Source of the DNA: an uncultured Gammaproteobacteria bacterium | GTDB taxonomy: Bacteria > Patescibacteriota > Microgenomatia > Levybacterales > UBA12049 | Direction: 5' to 3' | Assembly: GCA_964637955.1 (NCBI GenBank) | Contig: CAZWXQ010000004.1 | Coordinates: 81,296 to 145,295, forward strand | Length of the DNA stretch: 64,000 bases | Shown: positions 1 through 8,121 of the stretch, in pieces | Layout of the letters: each line of letters begins with the position of its first letter | How positions within the stretch are numbered: position 1 is the stretch's first letter | Program-made: the position numbers and the translations under genes | The notes under the pieces: generated by a model | Told to the model about the DNA's origin: nothing | Databases searched by the model: none | The model's input: the letters and a program-made list of their open reading frames with translations, nothing else

Positions 1-192
1 TCGGTCATAAAATTAGTTATCTGTTCACCTGAAACACATTCAGCAAATTGATGTAAAGATAGGTCAATATCTATTTTTCCTAAATTTTCAGACACGTTTG
101 GGTATGATGTTGAAAAATATGCAAGATCTTTTTCTAATACTACTCCTTGCCTAAAATCTAGTCCTTGTGGAAGCAATAATTCACTGCTCATA
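1..192 (-). CDS. partial CDS (N-terminal part; gene continues beyond window edge), hypothetical protein
   Basis: Minus-strand ATG at 190-192 (MSSELLLPQGLDFRQ...) reading out of the window with no stop; not in ORF track because it is open-ended. Confidence 0.35.
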
Positions 193-260
193 ATTGAAGG
201 AAAATTCTATCATATTTATTCTTCCAATTCAAACTATAGGATAAATATTCATGTCTCAAC

Positions 261-289
261 TTGACTTTTGAAGCTAAATTTGGTATTAT
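261..289 (+). promoter_or_regulatory. sigma70-like promoter for ssrA (TTGACT-17 nt-TATTAT)
   Basis: TTGACT 261-266, 17-nt spacer, TATTAT 284-289, about 9 nt before the tmRNA 5' GGGG. Confidence 0.45.
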
Positions 290-298
290 ATGAGCCTT

Positions 299-707
299 GG
301 GGATGCATTGCATCGACAGACTAGTACATTAATAAATTGCAAGCTGACTTTGATTTACAGTCATAAAACAGAGATCAAAAACTAAATGCTAAAGCATTTA
401 AGACTGAGGCTCTAGCTTTTGCTAGATTCCTAAGTGGTCAACCAGTAGGTACTGGGGTAAGTAGTTACCTTCAGGCTTAAGGCTTTGACCTGTTCATTAC
501 ACCCTTCTCTTGGTGAGGAGTTTTGAGCATAAAATCAGCCAAGAAAACTGTAAGAAAAACGGTTAGGTTCTTATTGTATTTATAACCTCGACTTTATTTA
601 TGGATGTTAATTTTCAAAGAATAGAGTGATCAAAAAAATAATTAACTAAGCTTGTAGATGTTTAAAAATAAACTTTCTGGACTCGGGATCACTTCCCGAC
701 ATCTCCA
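299..707 (+). ncRNA. ssrA: tmRNA (SsrA)
   Basis: 5' GGGGATGCATTGCATCGACAG (compare E. coli GGGGCUGAUUCUGGAUUCGACGG). 3' GGACTCGGGATCACTTCCCGACATCTCC-A mirrors GGACGCGGGTTCAACTCCCGCCAGCTCC-A. Acceptor stem GGGGATG/CATCTCC includes the G3:U70 wobble (alanine identity). About 409 nt. Tag reading frame uncertain; the only long frame ends ...SSYLQA*. Confidence 0.75.
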
Positions 708-718
708 CAATTTAAAAA

Positions 719-742
719 CCCTCCATAATTGGAGGGTTTTTT
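719..742. terminator. bidirectional rho-independent terminator (ssrA / comFC)
   Basis: CCCTCCA-TAAT-TGGAGGG hairpin followed by T6 on + strand and by an A/T run on the - strand. Sits between the tmRNA 3' end and the comFC stop (751). Confidence 0.7.
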
Positions 743-750
743 ATTATGTC

Positions 751-1455
751 TTAATCTTCCTTTGCTAGTGCAACTGCCCAAACTTGCCTAACATTGCTGT
801 GTTTAAGAACACTAGCCGCTTCAGAAAAAGTAGAGCCGGTTGTTAAGACATCATCAACTAATACTACTCGCGTATTCTTAAAATTCGCTGAATGTTTTTT
901 TAATGTAAAAGCACCTTTTATATTTTCTCGTCTTTCTTTCTTATTTAATCCCACTTGAGACCTGGTATCGCGAGTTCTTTCGAGGCAATTTATAACTTTA
1001 ATGTCAAACTTTTTCCCTAGCTCCTTTGCCAATATTTCAGCTTGGTTATATCCTCTCTTTTTTAATTTTTTAGAGCTGAGCGGAATAGGAACCAAAATTA
1101 AATCCTTGCTTTCCTTTTCTATAATTTTTTCAAATTCTTCATAGTGGACTAACGATTCATAAAACAAATCGCCAAGAAGTGGCTTAAGGCTTGTCAAATG
1201 CTGATTATATTTAAATTGGTAAATTAACTTTTTAACAATTGGATTAAAAACAAGTGCAGTAAAAGAACCTTCAGCGCTGTATTTATTTAAACATCTGGGA
1301 TGCGTTAAGCCGTTGTAGCTTGGGGCGGTACAAACAAGACAAATATTTTTAGTGTCAAAAGAAAGCCTTGAAAAACAATCTGTACACAAGAATGCTCCAT
1401 ATTTCTTGCAATTTATGCAATATTTTGGAAAAAGCAAATCTAGTAAATTAGCCAT
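751..1455 (-). CDS. comFC: ComF family protein (double zinc-ribbon + phosphoribosyltransferase domain)
   Basis: N-terminal CxxC...CxxC pairs (CINCKK...CTDC...CLVC). C-terminal PRTase PRPP motif VVLVDDVLTTGST. Confidence 0.75.
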   Translation of the reverse strand: MANLLDLLFPKYCINCKKYGAFLCTDCFSRLSFDTKNICLVCTAPSYNGLTHPRCLNKYSAEGSFTALVFNPIVKKLIYQFKYNQHLTSLKPLLGDLFYESLVHYEEFEKIIEKESKDLILVPIPLSSKKLKKRGYNQAEILAKELGKKFDIKVINCLERTRDTRSQVGLNKKERRENIKGAFTLKKHSANFKNTRVVLVDDVLTTGSTFSEAASVLKHSNVRQVWAVALAKED

Positions 1456-1584
1456 AGGAAAATTTGTAATTAAAAATTTTCAATTTTTAATGAATTTTTA
1501 AAGATTTAATTTTAAAATTAATACTTCATTTCAAATTTCAAATTATAAATTTCAAATTTATTATAGATCATCTATAATATTGCT

Positions 1585-2142
1585 ATGGCAAAAATTTTTA
1601 TTTTCAGACATGCTCAAAGCACTGATAATGTAACTCATACTTTTTCCGGCAAGAGAGACCCTGAGTTAACAGAAGAAGGAATTGAGGACGCAAAAAAAAT
1701 TAGAGATGAATTAAAAAATGAAAAAGTCACAAAAGCATACTGTGCCACAAATCAACGCACCAAACACACACTTGAAATAACACTCGAAAATCATACGGGA
1801 GTAACCATAATTGCAGATCCAAGAATTAGAGAGCGTGATTACGGTGATCTGACTGGACAAAATAAAGATGAGATCGCAAAAAAATTTCCGAAAGATTTCC
1901 CCCTTTGGCATAGAAGCTACGACGTTCCTCCACCAGGAGGAGAAAGCATAAAACAAGTTGAAGTAAGAGTTATGGAATTCTTAAATGAAATGATTCAAAA
2001 TCTAAGACAAAATGATATTGTATTCATTTGCGCAAGCGCAAATTCCATTAGACCTATGAGAAAACATTTTGAAAAAATGACTGATATTCAAATGGCTTCA
2101 TACGAAAACGAAAAAGGGAAAATCTATACCTACGATTTGTAA
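1585..2142 (+). CDS. histidine phosphatase family protein (phosphoglycerate-mutase-like)
   Basis: N-terminal IFIFRHAQS (RHG-type catalytic His motif); size and fold pattern of the PGM/histidine phosphatase superfamily. Confidence 0.65.
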   Translation: MAKIFIFRHAQSTDNVTHTFSGKRDPELTEEGIEDAKKIRDELKNEKVTKAYCATNQRTKHTLEITLENHTGVTIIADPRIRERDYGDLTGQNKDEIAKKFPKDFPLWHRSYDVPPPGGESIKQVEVRVMEFLNEMIQNLRQNDIVFICASANSIRPMRKHFEKMTDIQMASYENEKGKIYTYDL

Positions 2143-2225
2143 CATTTAGTCAAGTGTAAACTTTTTTCCATGCTTAATATTTTAATATCATCAAAAAAGC
2201 TGTCTTAAGCTACAATAATTCTATA

Positions 2226-3447
2226 GTGAAAACCATTTTTTGGCTTTTAATTATTGCTCTCATAGGTATTATTGTCTACTGCAATTCTTTATCTCTTGTT
2301 TTTAGATGGGACGACACATATCAGATAGTTAATGCGCCCTTTATCCATAAAGTAACAAATATCCCTTATATTTTTTTAACCAGCATTCACCACGTAGATA
2401 GCACCAATATTTTATTCGGATATTATTACAAGCCAATCATGTATAGTGCCTATGCTGTTCTTTACGCTATTGGAAACGGACACGTAGAAGCTTTTCACCT
2501 CACCCAAATTAGCCTGCATATTATAAATAGCATGCTGGTTTTTCTTATATTTAAAAGGTTCTTCTCTGAAAAAATTTCAGTATTACTTGCTCTCGTATTT
2601 CTGGTTCATCCAATCAATGAAGAGACCGTAGTCTATATTGCAAATCTGCAGGACACCTTATATTTCTTCTTCGGAACCGCCGCAATATATCTTATCCTCA
2701 AATGGAAACAAGAAAAACTTGGTCATGCAGTAATTGTGGGCGCACTTTTACTTCTATCTTGCTTGTCCAAAGAAGCGGGCGCGCTCTATCTCCTACTGGC
2801 CTTTTCATCAATCCTGCTTTTTATAAATAAGAGAAATGAAAAACGCTCTATTGGCATGCTCGCGATCGTAGGAGGAATATATCTAACTCTTAGAATGCTT
2901 GCTTCTACACATTATTTCACGCAGATGGAAATGACCTCAGCTTCGACACTTGCGCGATTAAAAAGCACCCCCTACGTACTAGGATTTTATATTCGAGAAG
3001 GTTTTATTCCAACAGATTTAATAACCCAACCTAAGCATTTTATAATCCCTCACATAAGCGGACAAGAATATTTTATTTCGGCAATTACCATTTTAGTCTT
3101 TTCATTATTTTGGATCGGTCTTGGGATATTTATTTGGAAGAAAAATAGAGAGAATTTTAAAGTTTTTCTTTTTTTTCTCAATATGGTTTTTACTTGGGAT
3201 TAGCTTGTATTTACAAATTTTTCCACTCGATCAATTTATTGCCAAACGCTGGTTTTATTTCCCACTGGCCGGACTCCTTGGTTTAGTTGGAATCGCTCTT
3301 AATTTATTGTCTGGAAGAATAAAAATTTCCAAAATTTTAACAGCAGCTCTTATCTTTATAATATTTATTTTTGGATTAAAAACTTACACTATGAATACTT
3401 ATTGGAAAAGTGATAATGTGCTAAAAGAGCATCTTTTACAAAAATAA
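2226..3447 (+). pseudogene. polytopic membrane protein (GT39/TMTC/DUF1736-like, FHLTQISLHIINSMLVF motif) split by a frameshift in a T6-C-T8 tract
   Basis: ORFs 2226..3203 and 3121..3447 are consecutive pieces of one multi-TM protein. The frame switches inside the homopolymer at about 3160-3176. Could equally be a sequencing error. Confidence 0.5.
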
Positions 3448-3612
3448 ACTTTATATGTAAGCTTTAGGCTTCAAATGATATAATACTCAAACGTTCCAAC
3501 ATCCTAGTAAAAATACGCAGTAATTTTAAAAGGAAAGTCCAATTTTTAGCTAATGGCTAATAACAAACGTGGAGGAGTCTCCCACAGGGATTCCTGCTAT
3601 TTATAGATATTT

Positions 3613-3702
3613 GGAGGAGTCGCATAGCTGGTCCATTGCGGTGGGTTGCTAACCCGCTGAGCGTGAATAACGCTCACATGAGTTCGAATCTCATCTCCTC
3701 CG
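3613..3702 (+). tRNA. tRNA-Ser (anticodon GCU), type II
   Basis: Acceptor GGAGGAG/CTCCTCC, anticodon stem GTGGG/CCCGC with loop TTGCTAA, long variable arm, T-arm ATGAG-TTCGAAT-CTCAT, discriminator G. Confidence 0.85.
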
Positions 3703-3804
3703 CACTTCGAAAGCAACAGCTCAAGCTGAGGCTCTTGAAGTGGAGAGATGAGACGAGAAGTCAGGCGCTACAAAGTAGCGGCAATCCTGAGTGAAGACGA
3801 AGGA

Positions 3805-3821
3805 AATCTCATCTCCTCCGC
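3805..3821 (+). repeat. 17-bp direct repeat of the tRNA-Ser(GCU) 3' end (AATCTCATCTCCTCCGC), att-site-like remnant
   Basis: Identical to 3687-3703 inside the tRNA, 118 bp downstream. A 5' tRNA-like fragment (GGAGGAGTCTCCC) also sits upstream at about 3572-3584. Confidence 0.6.
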
Positions 3822-3958
3822 CAAAATTGAAAATGATATAATTCCTCTACGTTCTCATCGTTCTTGCTGAAATTCTGAAAGAATTTCAAGACGAAAATCC
3901 AATGAAAGGCTGAAATTGTAAGCAAAGCGAGCAATGAAGGCGCGAAATTGTGATTTGA

Positions 3959-4043
3959 GGAGGAGTCGCATAGTGGCCTAGTGCAGCGGTTTACTAAACC
4001 GCCAAATCGCAAGATTTCGCGAGTTCAAATCTCGCCTCCTCCG
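3959..4043 (+). tRNA. type-II Ser-like tRNA with non-canonical anticodon loop TTACTAA (apparent anticodon ACU)
   Basis: Acceptor GGAGGAG/CTCCTCC and D-arm identical to the Ser(GGA) copy. Perfect 5-bp anticodon stem GCGGT/ACCGC. Variable-arm hairpin AAATC-GCAA-GATTT. T-arm GCGAG-TTCAAAT-CTCGC. Discriminator G. Confidence 0.65.
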
Positions 4044-4066
4044 CAAATTGATATAGTTTATACCTA

Positions 4067-5119
4067 TTGACTAACACCAACATTTGGATTATACCAATAT
4101 TAAGTGTTATGAAAAGGTATCTGCCTCTTTTCATAGGAATTAGTGCCACTTTAATTGTAGCTTTTGCTTTTCTACTTCATTCGAAAAATGTTTCCGCAGC
4201 ATCAGCCCACATTGTCATTTCTCAAGTTCAAGTATCAGGAACTACCGCTAATGACGAATTCGTAGAACTTTATAATCCAACTTCGAATCCAGTAGACTTA
4301 ACCGGATGGAGATTAAGACGCGAAAGCTCATCTGGCGGATCACCATCAAATCTTGTATCAGCCATGTCTGGGATAATTCCTGCCCATGGATATTTTCTAA
4401 TAGCATTTCCCGCAGCCTACACTGGATCTGCAAATCCTGACTTAGTATATTCAGCGACATCAAGCGCAATTGCTGCCAACAACACGATTCTTCTTTATAG
4501 CGATGCTGGCATCACATTAGTTGATAAGGTAGGCATGGGAACAGCTCTAGATAATGAAACGTCGCCAGCCTTAGGACCTGACGCTGATGGCAGTATTCAA
4601 AGAAAATTAGATGACACCAACGGGCACGGACAAGATACAGACAATAATAGCGTAGATTTTGAAGTGCTTTTGGCTTCAACACCAAGAAATTCTAGCGTTT
4701 TGGCCCCTACTCCATCAGTAGCTCCAACCGATTCACCCACCTTAACGCCAAGTCCTACTCCTACCACTAGCCCAACAGCTACGCCAACCGTAACTCCCAC
4801 ATTAGCTCCAAGCGCTACGCCTTCACCCACAAATACACCATCTCCAACACCAACAATGACTCCTATGCCAACAGCTACGCCTACTATGACCCCTTCTCCA
4901 ACGGTTACAATGGCTCCAACCAGTACGCCAACTGTATCACCTACTACAGCGCCTGCATCTCCTACTCCAACAATGATTCCATCTCCTACTCCTACTAAAG
5001 GCGGCAAGGTTATAGCATATGGCCCGCTATTCACTTGTACTGTTAATTACAGAACATGGAACATCTTTGGCAGGACTCATTACTTCCCATATATAAACTG
5101 CGCTAGAACCTCAAATTAA
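4067..5119 (+). CDS. secreted/membrane-anchored lamin-tail-domain (LTD) protein with long Pro-Thr linker
   Basis: N-terminal hydrophobic anchor. LTD signature [25 protein letters not shown]...DLTGWRL. About 100-aa PT-rich repeat region (4690-5000). Start may be the internal M at about 4112. Confidence 0.6.
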   Translation: MTNTNIWIIPILSVMKRYLPLFIGISATLIVAFAFLLHSKNVSAASAHIVISQVQVSGTTANDEFVELYNPTSNPVDLTGWRLRRESSSGGSPSNLVSAMSGIIPAHGYFLIAFPAAYTGSANPDLVYSATSSAIAANNTILLYSDAGITLVDKVGMGTALDNETSPALGPDADGSIQRKLDDTNGHGQDTDNNSVDFEVLLASTPRNSSVLAPTPSVAPTDSPTLTPSPTPTTSPTATPTVTPTLAPSATPSPTNTPSPTPTMTPMPTATPTMTPSPTVTMAPTSTPTVSPTTAPASPTPTMIPSPTPTKGGKVIAYGPLFTCTVNYRTWNIFGRTHYFPYINCARTSN

Positions 5120-5256
5120 GCTCGAGTTTTGATATAATACTTCCACGTTCAACTGTACTTTCTCAAAATTCGAAGAATTTTGAAGAGGAGAAACCGATTC
5201 AAAAGTCAAAGTTTTAGCAAAGCGACAAACGAAGACACGGAATCGTGTTTTGACGA

Positions 5257-5343
5257 GGAGAGTTCGCATAGTGGCCTAGTGCGTTCGCTTGGAAAGCGGA
5301 TATATTCGTAAGGATATCGGGAGTTCGAATCTCCCACTCTCCG
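5257..5343 (+). tRNA. tRNA-Ser (anticodon GGA), type II
   Basis: Acceptor GGAGAGT/ACTCTCC, anticodon stem TTCGC/GCGGA with loop TTGGAAA, long variable arm, T-arm GGGAG-TTCGAAT-CTCCC. The roughly 130-bp leader is homologous to the leader of the tRNA at 3959. Confidence 0.85.
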
Positions 5344-5361
5344 CACTTGAGTAGGCCCAGC

Positions 5362-5790
5362 TTAAGCTGAAATTAACAGCTCTTTGGCTTCGCGCCAAAC
5401 CTTTTTATCTGAAGAATAAGTAAGTCTTTTTTCTACCTCCTCTGGAGAGATCCATTCCACATTTTCCATTTCGTGGTCATGAATAGTTATATCTCCTCCT
5501 GTATATTCCATAATAAAGTAATAAACAGTCTTTTTTACTTTCTGCCCTTCCCAAGCAAACCAAAAAGTAACCGGCGTTAAGGCCGATAGAATCTTAGCAT
5601 CTGCCCCTGTCTCTTCTTTCACCTCACGGACAGCAGTGGCTTCTTTAGATTCTTTTTTATTATCCTCTTTATCGCCAATCAAGCCCTTTGGGAAAACCCA
5701 ACCGTGATGTTGTGAATGTTGGCTTACGAGAATTTTAAGATCTGGATCTTTTTTAAAAACTACTCCCCCTGCAGAAAATTGAAAAACCAT
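5362..5790 (-). CDS. NUDIX hydrolase
   Basis: Nudix box Gx5Ex7REVKEETG (GDKEDNKKESKEATAVREVKEETGAD). Confidence 0.8.
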   Translation of the reverse strand: MVFQFSAGGVVFKKDPDLKILVSQHSQHHGWVFPKGLIGDKEDNKKESKEATAVREVKEETGADAKILSALTPVTFWFAWEGQKVKKTVYYFIMEYTGGDITIHDHEMENVEWISPEEVEKRLTYSSDKKVWREAKELLISA

Positions 5791-5802
5791 GGGGAAATTA
5801 TA

Positions 5803-5967
5803 TCACTTCGCGAGCTCTTGCAGTATTTGCCTCGCAGTTCTACCTGAAACAATTAAGCTTTCAACAGTCATGGCTTCTGCCTCAACTACAGCCTCTGGGA
5901 CCTGAGAGAAATCAACAACTAAATTTTCTACAGCTTGTGTTTGAAATTTTTTAATTTCCTGTTGCAT
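5803..5967 (-). CDS. small hypothetical protein (54 aa), not in ORF track
   Basis: ATG preceded by a strong SD (AGGAGG, 8-nt spacer) on the minus strand. MQQEIKKFQTQAVENLVVDF...QELAK*. Confidence 0.4.
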   Translation of the reverse strand: MQQEIKKFQTQAVENLVVDFSQVPEAVVEAEAMTVESLIVSGRTARQILQELAK

Positions 5968-6295
5968 AATATATCCTCCTACTTATACTTATCGCTTTTT
6001 CTATATCTTTTTCATCCATTGCCTGTCGAAAATTTTTTAATACAAAATCTTTTTTTGCTTCAAAATAGCTAGGTGCATGCTTCACATAAATCTTCCTTAT
6101 TATCCTATGCTTATTACTTAAATCAAACATTTTTCTAAACATATCTTCGTAGTTTTCAAAAGGAAAGCTTCCCATAAAGTCCTTTGCGATTACTTTTGCT
6201 TCATCAAAGCTTATTTTTTTACTTTTATTTAAGACTGCAAGATTTGCTACTAAATCAATTTCAACTTCATTTACGAAATCATCAAATTTTTTCAT
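5951..6295 (-). CDS. hypothetical protein
   Basis: 114-aa ORF with coding-like composition in an operon-like minus-strand series; no recognisable motif. Confidence 0.45.
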   Translation of the reverse strand: MKKFDDFVNEVEIDLVANLAVLNKSKKISFDEAKVIAKDFMGSFPFENYEDMFRKMFDLSNKHRIIRKIYVKHAPSYFEAKKDFVLKNFRQAMDEKDIEKAISISRRIYYATGN

Positions 6296-6316
6296 ACATT
6301 TTCCTTCCTGTTGCAG

Positions 6317-6541
6317 CTATGAACCTGCAACTTCTGCTATCTGCTCGCTTATTTCACGTCCATTATCAATCTGCTCTTGTTCATTTTGAGCTGCTAACTC
6401 CGCTGACATCAATTGCTGCCTTAAGTCTTCTACCTGAGCTTCCTCTTGTTCAACTGTCATTTCTAGCTCTCTTACAACTTGAGGTGCTTCTTCAACTTCT
6501 GCTTCTAATTCTTCTTTTTTAAATTGTTTATCTGGTCTCAT
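6317..6541 (-). CDS. hypothetical acidic coiled-coil protein
   Basis: 74-aa E/Q-rich ORF immediately upstream of 5951..6295 on the same strand. Confidence 0.4.
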   Translation of the reverse strand: MRPDKQFKKEELEAEVEEAPQVVRELEMTVEQEEAQVEDLRQQLMSAELAAQNEQEQIDNGREISEQIAEVAGS

Positions 6542-6624
6542 TTATTTCTCCTTTCTGAAAACATTTTAGGACTTGAGGATCAATTGAGCTTGACATCAAC
6601 CTTACAGGAAAATTACAAAAATGA

Positions 6625-7302
6625 TTATTTTTTCTTCAAAACAAGCAGATGATTATCATAATGTATGTATTTATTCGGGTTTGAATAAATCTCAAAAGGA
6701 AACTTTTTATCTTCAAATAAAATTTCCCATTTTTCTTTTGGAAAAACATCTTTAATATCTTTAATCCATCTTTTAACCGGCGTGAAAGAAGGCTGCCAAT
6801 CGTATGGACAACAAATTATTAAAATTCCATTTTTTTCTAAAACTCTAAAAATCTCATCGACGATTTTCTGCGGATTTGAAGACCTATCAAGTAAATTCAG
6901 AGAAATAATTCTATTAAATTCACTGCTTGAAAAAGGCAATTTTGAAGCATCGGCAACCCTAAAATCTAAGAAACTTCCTTTTTTATAATCATATTTCAAA
7001 AATTCACTTTTATTTTCTCTAATTTTTTTGCACTCAGCTATGCAATTTTTGCCCTGATCTACTCCCATTCCCCTTCTTATATCAAAACTTGCGCTGTCAA
7101 AAAGAACCCTACCGAGCCCGCAGCCTAAATCTAAAACTGTTGAATCAGAGTTCAAATATTTTTTGAGCAACTTTTTTATATTTAAGTAGAAAGGCTCTGA
7201 TAAATATACTTTCTCAATATTTTTTAGATAAGGGCCGAATTGAATTTCGTAGTAAAATTCAATAAGTTCATTTTGACTATAGTAGTTTGATTTGAAAAAC
7301 AT
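6625..7302 (-). CDS. class I SAM-dependent methyltransferase
   Basis: Motif I VLDLGCGLGRVLFD; acidic residue after beta2; overall MTase-fold spacing. Confidence 0.75.
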   Translation of the reverse strand: MFFKSNYYSQNELIEFYYEIQFGPYLKNIEKVYLSEPFYLNIKKLLKKYLNSDSTVLDLGCGLGRVLFDSASFDIRRGMGVDQGKNCIAECKKIRENKSEFLKYDYKKGSFLDFRVADASKLPFSSSEFNRIISLNLLDRSSNPQKIVDEIFRVLEKNGILIICCPYDWQPSFTPVKRWIKDIKDVFPKEKWEILFEDKKFPFEIYSNPNKYIHYDNHLLVLKKK

Positions 7303-7370
7303 GCTTAGATTGCGGATTGCATCTCGCTAAAACCTAACCCGCCTTCGCAAAGACCTCAGCGAGGCGAAAG

Positions 7371-7455
7371 CGGAGGGTACAGGATTTGAACCTGTGAAGG
7401 ACTTGCGCCCTCGGGTTTTCGAAACCCGTGCAATTGGCCACTATGCGAACCCTCC
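7371..7455 (-). tRNA. tRNA-Ser (anticodon CGA), type II
   Basis: Reverse complement reads GGAGGGT-TC-GCATAGTGGCCAATTGC...GGGTT-TTCGAAA-ACCCG, long variable arm, ACAGG-TTCAAAT-CCTGT-ACCCTCC-G. Confidence 0.8.
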
Positions 7456-7507
7456 CCATTTAGCTTATAACCCTTAGCAACTAACCGTTAGCTTTCTAAA
7501 GATTTTG

Positions 7508-7580
7508 CGCGTCTGAGAGGAATCGAACCTCCAACCTCAAGATCCGCAATCTTGTGCTCTATCCTTTGAGCTACAGACGC
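7508..7580 (-). tRNA. tRNA-Arg (anticodon GCG as read; most bacteria use ACG)
   Basis: Reverse complement reads GCGTCTG-TA-GCTC...GAGC-A-CAAGA-TTGCGGA-TCTTG-AGGTT-GGAGG-TTCGATT-CCTCT-CAGACGC-G. Canonical 73-nt cloverleaf. Confidence 0.75.
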
Positions 7581-7768
7581 ATTTTCCAGCTGACCCGCCT
7601 GCCAAACGCATTAGCATCAGCTTTGCGGGCAGGACTACGAGGGCATGTTATGAAACAAGTTTATATATTTTAAGGGATTTGAGGCAAGATCGCAAACTAT
7701 GAGTTCTTTTCCAAAGGAAATTTCCAAATTTATTGACAGCACCTAACTATTGTGCGAATATTTAGGAA

Positions 7769-8089
7769 ATGGATCTTGAATCTGTAGAAAAAGAGCTCCT
7801 GGAACTGATAGTAAAACACCTGAAGGATAATAAAATAACTGCTGTTGATGCACAGAATCAAGCAAAAGAGTTTTTAAATCTGCTTCCCGTTACCGACCAA
7901 GCAGATTTACTTAATAAATTAAAAGTGTTGGGCGATAAATATGAAGAGTCAAATGAAGTTTATTTGGATGAACTTCAAAAACACTCCGCAAATGAAAGAG
8001 ATAAAGCTCTTGACCAAATGCGAAGCCACATAAAATCAGGAAATATTGAGGAGGCGATAAATGCAGCTAAATCAATTCAAAAAAGTTGA
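7769..8089 (+). CDS. hypothetical protein
   Basis: 106-aa helical ORF preceded by TTGACA...GAATAT promoter-like elements (7733-7762). Confidence 0.5.
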   Translation: MDLESVEKELLELIVKHLKDNKITAVDAQNQAKEFLNLLPVTDQADLLNKLKVLGDKYEESNEVYLDELQKHSANERDKALDQMRSHIKSGNIEEAINAAKSIQKS

Positions 8090-8121
8090 CAGAGCCTGGA
8101 TATTTGTTATTAGATTAAATC

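Noticed and set aside
3809-4012. 67-aa ORF on minus strand
   Set aside because: Overlaps the tRNA at 3959 and the tRNA leader region; no start/SD context.
3959-4043. Possibility that the odd tRNA is tRNA-Sec or a nonsense suppressor
   Set aside because: Loop TTACTAA gives ACU, not UCA/CUA/UUA. Acceptor stem is 7 bp with Ser-type features and no Sec-specific 8-bp stem. Kept as Ser-like with unusual anticodon.
4597-5034. 145-aa minus-strand ORF full of Gly/Val (antisense of the Pro-Thr linker)
   Set aside because: Mirror-image ORF of the PT-repeat DNA in the LTD gene; low-complexity antisense artefact.
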